51,644 nt of DNA from Candidatus Aenigmatarchaeota archaeon (lineage in GTDB: Archaea > Aenigmatarchaeota > Aenigmatarchaeia > CG10238-14), in assembly GCA_018920345.1 (NCBI GenBank), contig JAHLMN010000011.1:1-51644 (forward strand). Direction: 5' to 3'. This document shows, piece by piece, positions 21,301-29,948 of the stretch; position 1 is the first letter of the stretch; each line of letters opens with the position of its first letter. The translations under genes and the position numbers were made by a program. The notes below the pieces were generated by a model. It was not told where the DNA came from, did not search any database, and saw only the letters and a list, made by a program, of their open reading frames with translations.

Positions 21301-22308
21301 TCATATCTTTTCCAAAACAAATATATGTGGATATATACCGCCGCTTTCGACTACTCTTTCGTGAAATATTTTGTATTTTTTTGTCGAAAAAACAATATTT
21401 CTAAACATATTTGCTTTCAAAGTAATTATTACCATTCTTTCATTCAAAACATTGTTAGCTGAAAGTAAAAACTTTTTATAAAAATCTTTTAAATTCGCCT
21501 TTTTTGCTATTCTAACACCGTATGGAGGATTTGTTACTATTTTATCCACATTAGAAATATATTTTTCTAATTTTGTAGCATCTAAAATTTTAAATTCAAT
21601 GAAATCTTGAAGTTTGTTAATAGAAGCATTTTCTTTAGCGCCATTTATACATGTTTGACTTTTGTCACCTGCTATTATTTTTATATTATTTGAAAATAGT
21701 GAAGCTGCTTCCATTGGTATTGTTCCACTACCGCACATAGGATCAAGCAAAACATCTTTATTTTTCAAGTTGGCTAATTTTAACATAGCAAAAGCTATAG
21801 TTGATTTTATTGCTGCCTGGTGGTTGAAAACTTTCTTATATCTTTTATAAAGTGATTCTCTTGTAAGTTGTATGCCTACAAAACCAAAATTTCCTATTAA
21901 ATCAAATCTTATATTTAAATCATAATTTTCTAAATCAACCTTTTTTCTATACTTTTCTAAAAAAACTTCACCTGCTATTTTTTGCATATCAATAGAGGAA
22001 AAGTTATGATCACCAAATCTTTGACTTGTCACTCTGAATTTGTTAACCTCTTCCATTTCTTCTATATCAATATTTTCAAGTTCTTTTTTAATCTCGTTTA
22101 TTGTGGCTTGCTTCAGATGGAATGTTTTTATTAGTTTTATTATATGATGAATTGAATGTAGCTCTACAAGTTTTTCTATTTTTGAATTAACTAAAAGTTT
22201 ACCTTGAAAATTAAAAAATCTCTCTATTCTAGAACTCTTATCTTTCTCTTTTATCTCGCTTTCAGCAATATCTTCTAGACCAGGATCGCATGTCAAAAGA
22301 AATTGCAT
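21301..22308 (-). CDS. trm14: THUMP-domain tRNA guanine-N2 methyltransferase (Trm14/TrmN-like)
   Basis: THUMP region (FRVTSQRFGDHNFSS, KVDLENYD), LDPMCGSGTI, TNPPYG. Confidence 0.8.
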   Translation of the reverse strand: MQFLLTCDPGLEDIAESEIKEKDKSSRIERFFNFQGKLLVNSKIEKLVELHSIHHIIKLIKTFHLKQATINEIKKELENIDIEEMEEVNKFRVTSQRFGDHNFSSIDMQKIAGEVFLEKYRKKVDLENYDLNIRFDLIGNFGFVGIQLTRESLYKRYKKVFNHQAAIKSTIAFAMLKLANLKNKDVLLDPMCGSGTIPMEAASLFSNNIKIIAGDKSQTCINGAKENASINKLQDFIEFKILDATKLEKYISNVDKIVTNPPYGVRIAKKANLKDFYKKFLLSANNVLNERMVIITLKANMFRNIVFSTKKYKIFHERVVESGGIYPHIFVLEKI

Positions 22309-22416
22309 AATTTATTTTTGTGTTTTGAAATTAAATTATTGGTACCAATAGATGTATCAAGACAGTAGTAAAAGTTAATTTTATTTTTATACAAGATAAT
22401 ATAAGATTTGATTAAT

Positions 22417-22770
22417 ATGGCTGGAGAAAAATACGGGGAATGGGCATTCCTAGCAGGTGTTTTACTTGCACTGGTGCTAGGTTTGCTACAAGGTTTAGGG
22501 GTAGTCGGAGATTATGCACTATTAAGCATTTTGCTAATAGTGCTAGGTCTAGTAGTTGGATTAACAACAGTAACATCTAAAGAAACTGATTCATTTTTAA
22601 TAGCATCGGTAGCATTATTATCAGTCGGTGCAGCTGGTTTAAGCAACTTAGGTGGTCAAACAGTAGGCGCAGTATTGGCAGATGCTTTGGCTAACTTGAG
22701 ATCTTTTGTAGCACCAGCAGCTCTAGTAGTAGCATTAAAATCAATTTACAAGTTGGCTTCGACAAGATAA
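22417..22770 (+). CDS. Small Gly/Ala-rich multi-pass membrane protein, function unknown
   Basis: GEWAF..., LGLVVGL..TSKET..FLIASVAL, FVAPAALVVALK; ATG at 22417. Confidence 0.8.
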   Translation: MAGEKYGEWAFLAGVLLALVLGLLQGLGVVGDYALLSILLIVLGLVVGLTTVTSKETDSFLIASVALLSVGAAGLSNLGGQTVGAVLADALANLRSFVAPAALVVALKSIYKLASTR

Positions 22771-22776
22771 AATTTT

Positions 22777-23961
22777 ATGTTTGATTTGCTCTTTTTTTGT
22801 TTTTTTGGTATTTTTTTGGGATTTTTAGCTGGTTTACTGCCAGGTATACATCCAAATCAAATATATTTTTTTATTTTATTATCAGGCCTAGGACTAGAGC
22901 CAAACATTTTTGTTGTTTTTTTAGCATCAATTTCTGTTTCAAATATTGTTTTTAGCTATATACCGTCCTTTTTTCTTTCTCTACCTGACAGCAGTACAAT
23001 TGTTAATGTCTTACCTGCGCATAAAATGGTTTTAAAAGGTGATGGTTTAAAGGCATTACTAATTTCTTTAACATCAATAATTATAATTTGTCTTATTGTT
23101 GTTTTATGCCTCCCATTATTTATTTTTTTAGTACCTTTATTGCAAAAAATAACAAAACCCTTTATTCACTTGTTACTTTTGCTTTTAGTGGCTATTATGA
23201 TAATTATTGAAAAAGATAATTCAAAACGTTTTTTTGCTTTGTTTTTGTTTTTAATTTCAGGTATTTTTGGAATAGTTACATTAAACTCTAAAATAATAAG
23301 CTCTGAAAAAGTATTGTTTCCTGCACTCACAGGACTTTTTGGAATTCCGAGTTTATTGTTTATTAATAAAGGTAAATTACCTAAACAAAATTCACATGAA
23401 ATGTATGTGAAGTTAAATGTGAAGGTAATATTATCAGGTTTATTAGCTGGCGCCTTGGCTGGTATATTACCAGGAGCCGGAGAAAGTCAAGCTGGAACTG
23501 TTGTATCTTTGTTGTCAAGATTAAAAGACGAAGAAATTGTAGGTTCTTTGGCTGGAATTAATATTGCAAACTTGCTTTTTTCTGTTATAGCTTTAGTAGA
23601 AACAGGAAATATAAGGAGTGGTTTAGCTGAGTCTTTATCAACAATCGAAATAAAACATTATTTTCTTTTGTTTTTAGGGGCTTTTATTTTCTCTTTAGGA
23701 TTTTCTTGCATATTATGTATATTTTTTTCAAAGTGGTTTTTGAAATTAATTGAAAAAATAGATTATGAAAAAATAGGTAGAATTATTATTTATTCTACTA
23801 TAACTCTAACTCTTGTTTTTACTGGTATATGGGGATTATTAGTTTTAATAATAGCAACATCTCTTGGTATACTTCCTTTACTTTTGGGTGTAAAAAGGAC
23901 TAACAATATGGGTTTTTTAATGCTTCCTGTGATCTTACACTACTCAAATTTAGTAATGTGA
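22777..23961 (+). CDS. TctA-like (tripartite tricarboxylate transporter) permease
   Basis: GLLPGIHPN, IPSFFLSLPD, VLPAHKMVLKGDG, PALTGLFG, GILPG. Confidence 0.85.
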   Translation: MFDLLFFCFFGIFLGFLAGLLPGIHPNQIYFFILLSGLGLEPNIFVVFLASISVSNIVFSYIPSFFLSLPDSSTIVNVLPAHKMVLKGDGLKALLISLTSIIIICLIVVLCLPLFIFLVPLLQKITKPFIHLLLLLLVAIMIIIEKDNSKRFFALFLFLISGIFGIVTLNSKIISSEKVLFPALTGLFGIPSLLFINKGKLPKQNSHEMYVKLNVKVILSGLLAGALAGILPGAGESQAGTVVSLLSRLKDEEIVGSLAGINIANLLFSVIALVETGNIRSGLAESLSTIEIKHYFLLFLGAFIFSLGFSCILCIFFSKWFLKLIEKIDYEKIGRIIIYSTITLTLVFTGIWGLLVLIIATSLGILPLLLGVKRTNNMGFLMLPVILHYSNLVM

Positions 23962-24075
23962 ATTTCCAAATGAAAAAGAAGTATTTCATGTGAAGATAAA
24001 ATATTAAAGAATATGTGAAATTCATAAGAATTCACATAAAAGAAGTTTATCTGCACGTGAAATAGACCCCACCCC
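23958..24075. promoter_or_regulatory. Cluster of TTCAC/GTGAA and ORB-like motifs upstream of the LAGLIDADG gene
   Basis: GTGAA 23958; ATTTCCAAATGAAA 23962-23975; TTCATGTGAA 23985-23994; inverted pair TATGTGAA 24012 / TTCACATA 24031; TGCACGTGAAATAGACCCCACCCC 24052-24075. Confidence 0.6.
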
Positions 24076-24118
24076 TTTTTATGCTAAAATTTAAAATATT
24101 AATTGTTAATAATGATTT

Positions 24119-24715
24119 ATGGAAATTGATTTCGGTTATGTTTACGGGATTTTGATTGCAAAAGGTGTATATCATAGCAAAGATCTGATAACCATAGAAA
24201 TGTCTGACAAAAATTTATTAGAAATAGCAAAAAGCAAATTAAAATTACTTGGTAATGTAAGAATTTATAATAAAATTAGAAAATCAAATAAATTATACAA
24301 TACACAAGTCATTTTCTTGAAAATTAAAAATAACATTGAATTGAAACTTGGCAGGCATGAATGGGATGTTCCTTCACGTGCATTCATTTCTAAAGAATTT
24401 AGGATTGGTCTATTGAGAGCCTTGTTTGACTTTTCAGGAACAATAAGGGCTAGACTAAGAAAAAGTGGACAAAAAGAAAGAAGTATTAGGTTAAGCTCTG
24501 TAAACGAAAATATAAAAAAAATAAAAGAATTGCTAAAGATTGAAGGAATAAATTCAATGATTTATTCAAACAAAAAATCGTTTATTTTAGAAATAAATGG
24601 CAAGCATAATTTGCAATTATATTTGGAAAAAATTGGTTTTGAAAATAGCGCTAAAAAAGATTTGTTAGAAAAAATCATAAATCCAGTTTCATTTGAACAC
24701 ATTTTATCTTCATGA
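24119..24715 (+). CDS. Free-standing double-motif LAGLIDADG-fold protein (WhiA/intein-endonuclease-like), catalytic acids degenerate
   Basis: Motif 1 GYVYGILIAKG, motif 2 GLLRALFDFSG, C-terminal LYLEKIGF..KK. Confidence 0.75.
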   Translation: MEIDFGYVYGILIAKGVYHSKDLITIEMSDKNLLEIAKSKLKLLGNVRIYNKIRKSNKLYNTQVIFLKIKNNIELKLGRHEWDVPSRAFISKEFRIGLLRALFDFSGTIRARLRKSGQKERSIRLSSVNENIKKIKELLKIEGINSMIYSNKKSFILEINGKHNLQLYLEKIGFENSAKKDLLEKIINPVSFEHILSS

Positions 24716-24753
24716 CAATATTATATCTAGTAAATGAAGTCCACGTGAAGTAA

Positions 24754-27468
24754 TTATGAAGATGGTATGAATATTCTTGATCTTTTATCATCTTTGTAAA
24801 AAACTAATTCTCCTCTACAATTATCACACCTTCCGCTTAAAGGAACTCTTTGAAGTATGTTGCCACAAGCTATACAAGCAAAACCATCTATATCTTCCAA
24901 ATAATCTTCAAACTCTTTCTCTTTTTTACCATTATTAAGTATTTCAAATAAACCAGATTGCTTACCTGAACCTAATATTTCTGCCTTGCTTATATTCAAA
25001 ACTTCAAAGACTCTTTCCAAAGGTGGCATTAACTGATTTTCAATATAATAATCAGAATCCAATGGAATTTTATGTTTTAACACATATTCTGGATCTTCTG
25101 TTCTTTTTGAAACTTGACCTGTACCTTTTATTATAACATAACCTATTCTATCTCCAATTCCTGGCGCTGATGAAGGATCGCGTTTTCTCATTTTTTTTAG
25201 CAATTCCACATGGGGTTGTACTCCTTTGTATGTTTTTAAAGATTTAGAAATGCTTTTTGTTATAACTAATTTGTTAATATCCATTTTACCTTGCTTTATA
25301 TCATTTATCTTTTCTTTAACTATATTCAAAGCCTTCTTAGCATCTTTCTCTTTCAATATAATATTCAAAACTTCTTGCAATGTTTCTGAAACTAAATTAC
25401 ACCAATCTCTTCTCACTGTTTCTATACCTTTTGTCACTATAGAATCAGTATAACTGCCGTTGTTTTCTTCAAAACTCCAACCTGCATATCTTTTTTTGCT
25501 TAATATCAATAATGTTTTAAAAACACTTTCTATCTTCATCTTTAAAGCATACTCCATATTACTGTTAATCATGTTTGCCAAATCAGCACCAATCTTAAAT
25601 GCTTCTGACACATCCTCTGTATTAAGCTTTACCATAACAGAATCTGTATCAGCATAAACAACTTTGTAAGGAGTATTTTTTTCTACAATCATCTTGGTTT
25701 TATTTATTGTATCTCTTCCTGTGGCAGTTATTGTATTTGCTATTTCAAGAACATAGAGTCTCGCTCTCATATATCCAGTATACCCATAAAAAGCATTAGC
25801 TACTGTTTTGAAGGCATATTGTTTTGCATAAAGATATTTTTTTACTTGTTCATTGGTTGTATTTTTCATGTCTTTTTTCACTTTATCTCTCATGTTTATC
25901 AAATATTCAACAATTTCAGGTATAATGCCTCTTCTAACAGATGGTTTGACAAATGCTGTACCAAGTGGTGATATAATCTTATCTACATCCTCTTCTGGAT
26001 TAAATAAAAGAGTTGTCGGGCAAATATTCAAAGCAATCATAATACTTGGATACATTGACTTAAAATCAAGATAAACTACTGCTTTATCATGAAAACCTAT
26101 TTCCGGTGATAAAACAAAACCACCTTTTAAACCGGCATTTATTCTTTCCTCATTTCTTTTGTTTAATTCTTGTGTGTCAGGTTTGTTTGGGATAACAAAA
26201 CCTCTTTTGTTAAATTCTCTTAATAGTAGTTGCTCTATTCTAGCTGCTTCGCCACCATCAAGAACATCTTGCAACACCAAACCACTAACTTTGCTTATTT
26301 CAAAAAATTTATCTAACATATTCATCTCTACAAGCATTCTAAAAGGAAGCTCTGCGTCTTTTCTGCTATAGCTTACTAGTTTAGCAAAGTTATCTCCATC
26401 ATCCTTCCAAAACTTGCCTATTTCGCTATGTGCAACATCTACCTTTGTTTCACCCAAAATTACTTGAGAAACATCACCTAAACCAAATCTTTTTAGCCCT
26501 TTATATAATCCAAACTTTGTAGTGGCTTCTTTTATTAAAGAATAAACGTCAACAACAATTCTGCCAGGTATTGTTATATTATAGCCTGTAGAAAGTTTTG
26601 AGCACATCATTTGTTTTTGGCTGCATCTCCCTATTGCTCTAGATATGTTGTTAGCTCTTAATCTAGCTTCTATATAAGGCAGGTCAAAATTAGAAGAGTT
26701 ATAACCAAGAATTATATCTGGATCAAAATTATCTATTATTTTTTTAAATTCCTCCAAAAGTTCTTTTTCATTGTTAAAAGATATAGCATCCTCAAAACCA
26801 TTTTTTGATTTTTTACCTATTAGCACTAAACTATTTTTACCTTTATAAGAAGGATAAAAGAAGAAGCTGATCATTATTATAGGATCTCTTAATGGATCAG
26901 GCATGCCACCTTCTTCTGTATATGTCTCTATGTCTATACTCAAATACTTTAAACTGGCATTCTCATGTTTTTCTATTGGTTTTATTGATTTCAAGGTTAA
27001 TGCTTTGTCTGTTTTTACAACATTTGTCTTTGCGCCTATTCCCTCAACTTCATACCAACCCATTCCGACTATATCTCTATCAGCCATAAACCTATTTCTA
27101 AATAAAATGTCTGCTTCATAAATTTCTTTGACAAATGGTTTGTTTTTTAAATCTTCTCTTATTTCTGGTACAAGACTTGGGTTTTTTATTGTAACCTTCC
27201 AAAGTTTTGTTGGCTCTTTGGAAAAACCTATTGGTAAGAATTTTTCAACTATTTCTATTTTTACAAGCAGTTGTTTGTATTTGTCTTCTAAATATTTTAC
27301 TAGTTGTTCCCCCTTGTCATTTTCAGTATGTACATAAAAATATGGTAAAAAATCTTCGACAAAAACAGTTATTGATTTTTTATCACTGGTTTTACCGAAT
27401 ATTCTTATTGTTGGGTGGTCATTAAGCATTATATAGTCGACATCTAGAACTTGCATTTCTATAGGCAT
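24754..27468 (-). CDS. polB: Family B DNA polymerase (Pol-delta-like) with C-terminal PIP-like motif and Cys4 zinc finger
   Basis: ExoI DIET, ExoII GYNSSNFD, ExoIII YSRKDA, DFKSMYPSI, K..ANAFYGY, YADTDS, KKRYAG, KGIETVRRDW; C-terminal CIAC...CDNC; no intein. Confidence 0.97.
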   Translation of the reverse strand: MPIEMQVLDVDYIMLNDHPTIRIFGKTSDKKSITVFVEDFLPYFYVHTENDKGEQLVKYLEDKYKQLLVKIEIVEKFLPIGFSKEPTKLWKVTIKNPSLVPEIREDLKNKPFVKEIYEADILFRNRFMADRDIVGMGWYEVEGIGAKTNVVKTDKALTLKSIKPIEKHENASLKYLSIDIETYTEEGGMPDPLRDPIIMISFFFYPSYKGKNSLVLIGKKSKNGFEDAISFNNEKELLEEFKKIIDNFDPDIILGYNSSNFDLPYIEARLRANNISRAIGRCSQKQMMCSKLSTGYNITIPGRIVVDVYSLIKEATTKFGLYKGLKRFGLGDVSQVILGETKVDVAHSEIGKFWKDDGDNFAKLVSYSRKDAELPFRMLVEMNMLDKFFEISKVSGLVLQDVLDGGEAARIEQLLLREFNKRGFVIPNKPDTQELNKRNEERINAGLKGGFVLSPEIGFHDKAVVYLDFKSMYPSIMIALNICPTTLLFNPEEDVDKIISPLGTAFVKPSVRRGIIPEIVEYLINMRDKVKKDMKNTTNEQVKKYLYAKQYAFKTVANAFYGYTGYMRARLYVLEIANTITATGRDTINKTKMIVEKNTPYKVVYADTDSVMVKLNTEDVSEAFKIGADLANMINSNMEYALKMKIESVFKTLLILSKKRYAGWSFEENNGSYTDSIVTKGIETVRRDWCNLVSETLQEVLNIILKEKDAKKALNIVKEKINDIKQGKMDINKLVITKSISKSLKTYKGVQPHVELLKKMRKRDPSSAPGIGDRIGYVIIKGTGQVSKRTEDPEYVLKHKIPLDSDYYIENQLMPPLERVFEVLNISKAEILGSGKQSGLFEILNNGKKEKEFEDYLEDIDGFACIACGNILQRVPLSGRCDNCRGELVFYKDDKRSRIFIPSS

Positions 27469-27515
27469 GTTTTAATTAATGAAAATTAACTTAAAAATTG
27501 TTTTTATGTTTTTGT

Positions 27516-28463
27516 CTACAATTCTTTCACTTCTCTTGTGTGAAGATTTACTTCATACTCTTTATCAAAAACAGATATTATTGTTGTTCCTTTGTAATTT
27601 TTAGCTAGAGATGGTTCAATATCTGTTATTATAAAATCAGGTAAATTATCAAGTATAAAATCTTCTGGATTTGAAATTGCATAGTCATTTGTTGTTAAAA
27701 GTAAAAATCTTCTTTTAAGTAATTTTAATAAAGATTCAGAGTAAATTTTTATTCTCATAAAATCAAAAAATTTTTTTGGTAAAATTAGAAAGGTTATATT
27801 TCCATAACTAATATAAGTGGGGTTAGCTCTTCTAGGTGATAGAGGATTTTCTTGATTTAAATTGACCTTTAGAATTATTTCTTCATTTGTTTTTTTTATT
27901 TCTCTATTTAGTGGTATATCAGGATGTAAAATCTTTCTGGTAATAAACTTTTCTCTTTGTCTTTCACAATAAACACCAACCACATCATCTCTTTCAAAAT
28001 CTTCTAATTTTTGTTTCATTATTCCTTCAAAAAAGATTTCTATTTCTCCCGTGGGGTCTTCTAAAACAATAGAAGCATTACCTTTCTCCTTTATTAATCC
28101 TATGGTGGAAAATTCTCTAGTGTTTTCTGTTATCTTATTTATTGATATTCCACTAAAACCAACAGAAGTAAAAATGTCTTTTATTTTTTCATATTTTTTT
28201 AGATAAAAATTTACATAGTCATCTATTCTCAAAGCTTTTTTTTCCAAAACAATTTCTTTTACTACCTGAAAGTTTAATTCTTTTTTTTGATTTTTAGCTA
28301 TTATTTCATTAACTATATCTCTTGTCAAAAAAAATGGCCTTATTTTGAGTTTTTTAATTTCTGAAATAAAAAAATCTGGGTCTTTTCTTATAATAGCTAA
28401 TGCATCATTTGTTAATTGTATTCCCATGTCTAGAAAAGTTTTTATTATTTCTTGGTCATTCAT
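27516..28463 (-). CDS. Inactivated, internally deleted PolD small-subunit (DP1)/B-subunit homolog
   Basis: DP1-like N-terminus (EIIKTFLDMGIQLT.DA), DYVNFY..KYEKI, OB fold (LEDPTG, DDVVGV, HPDIP), then LLKRRF, PDFII, YKGT. Metal-binding His/Asp motifs are absent. TGATG coupling to cdc6. Confidence 0.75.
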   Translation of the reverse strand: MNDQEIIKTFLDMGIQLTNDALAIIRKDPDFFISEIKKLKIRPFFLTRDIVNEIIAKNQKKELNFQVVKEIVLEKKALRIDDYVNFYLKKYEKIKDIFTSVGFSGISINKITENTREFSTIGLIKEKGNASIVLEDPTGEIEIFFEGIMKQKLEDFERDDVVGVYCERQREKFITRKILHPDIPLNREIKKTNEEIILKVNLNQENPLSPRRANPTYISYGNITFLILPKKFFDFMRIKIYSESLLKLLKRRFLLLTTNDYAISNPEDFILDNLPDFIITDIEPSLAKNYKGTTIISVFDKEYEVNLHTREVKEL

Positions 28464-29677
28464 CAAACCACAAGGCTTTCATTCAATATTGCTTTAATTT
28501 TTTGTTTTATTGGCTCTGAAAGATTAAACATTATAACTCTTGTCCTGCCATATCTACCTAAAGAAGTAACTTTGGCGTTTATTATTCCTGCCATATCTAG
28601 CTCAGAAATTAAATCAGAAATTCTTCTTTGCGTTAAAGGATACAAACCTATTTCTTTACATTTTTTCTGATAAATGTCATATACATCCCCTGTTTGTATG
28701 TCATCTCTTTTTGTTTCAGCTAACTCTAATATTGCCCATAAGACGACTTTGGTTTGTTTTGGTAAAACTTTTGTTGACTCTATTATTCTATCATAATCAA
28801 TCTTTTCTTGTGCCATGTCAACGTGTTTTTCTGTTACTTTGTTATCACCCATTCTTTCTGCTATTTCTCCTGCTACTCTTAACAAATCTAAGGCTCTTCT
28901 TGCATCACCATGCTCTTGAGCAGCCAATGCTGCACATTTTGGTATAACTTCTTCTGAAAGTGCTTCTTCAACAAAAGCTAATTGAGCTCTATGTTTCAGT
29001 ATATCGTGTAGTTGAGTGGCATTGTAAGGAATAAACAAAACTTCCTCTTCTCTTAAAGAACTCTTTACTCTTGGATCTAATATTTCTATGAAATGTAAAT
29101 CATTAGTTATTCCTATTATAGATAATTTTGCTTGTTTTAGATCCTGATTTATTCTTGTCAAGTTATAAAGAAACTCGTCGCCCATTTTTTCTACTAGTGC
29201 GTCTATCTCATCTAAAATCAATATTATTATTCTTTTTTCAGAATCCAATGCATTAAAAAAAGTTTGATAAATATAATCTGTTGGCAAGCCAGTTGTTGGT
29301 AAATTATAACCAAGCATCCTGGTTAACTCTGTCACAAGTCTATATTCTGTATCAGAAATTTTTTTCATTTTACAATTAATATAGAGTACTTTAACAGGAA
29401 AGTTTCCTTGGCTAGAAATTTTTTCAAGTTCTTCTGCTATATGTTTTGAAACAAGTGTTTTTCCTGTACCTGTCAAACCATAAATAAAAATATTTGATGG
29501 TCTTGCACCTTTCAAAGAAGGAGCTAATATCGAAGCAATTGTATTAATCTCTTTATTTCTATGATAAATTGTTTCTGGAGTAAATTCTGATGTTAAAACA
29601 TCTCTATTTTTAAATATCTGTGGTGGTTTTGTAATAAATTCTTGAAATATATTTCTTATTGTTTTTTGTGTTTCCAT
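28463..29677 (-). CDS. cdc6: Orc1/Cdc6 replication initiator
   Basis: GLTGTGKT, ILDEID, LDPRVKSSL, GDARRALDLLR, C-terminal wHTH with GRYGRT. Confidence 0.97.
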   Translation of the reverse strand: METQKTIRNIFQEFITKPPQIFKNRDVLTSEFTPETIYHRNKEINTIASILAPSLKGARPSNIFIYGLTGTGKTLVSKHIAEELEKISSQGNFPVKVLYINCKMKKISDTEYRLVTELTRMLGYNLPTTGLPTDYIYQTFFNALDSEKRIIILILDEIDALVEKMGDEFLYNLTRINQDLKQAKLSIIGITNDLHFIEILDPRVKSSLREEEVLFIPYNATQLHDILKHRAQLAFVEEALSEEVIPKCAALAAQEHGDARRALDLLRVAGEIAERMGDNKVTEKHVDMAQEKIDYDRIIESTKVLPKQTKVVLWAILELAETKRDDIQTGDVYDIYQKKCKEIGLYPLTQRRISDLISELDMAGIINAKVTSLGRYGRTRVIMFNLSEPIKQKIKAILNESLVV

Positions 29678-29689
29678 ACAAAATTAATA

Positions 29690-29944
29690 AACTCCTATAG
29701 AAATAAACCTTTTTCTATTGGAAAAAATATAATAACCCAGACCCCTCTATTTCAAGTGGAAATTTTTATATAAACAAAAATAAAAAATATAACAGTATTA
29801 TATTTATAATTATAAATTATTTTAATCTTTTGTTAGATTTTACTACAAAAAAACTATTAAAATAAAAAGTTTAGGTTAATTAAACTAAATTTTTGTTTTT
29901 GTTTTAAAAACAATAAACATTAATTCCAAAAGAAATAAAGGGGT
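29690..29944. other. Chromosomal replication origin (oriC): inverted ORBs flanking an AT-rich DUE
   Basis: ORB ATTTCCACTTGAAATAGAGGGGT on - strand (29741-29763) and AATTCCAAAAGAAATAAAGGGGT on + strand (29922-29944), 18/23 identical. A 158-bp AT-rich spacer lies between them, mini-ORB-like sites sit at about 29691-29726, and the whole lies directly upstream of cdc6. Confidence 0.9.
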
Positions 29945-29948
29945 GACA

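Noticed and set aside
24119-27468. LAGLIDADG gene as a polB intein
   Set aside because: It is on the opposite strand with its own start and stop, has no splicing motifs, and the PolB motifs are contiguous.
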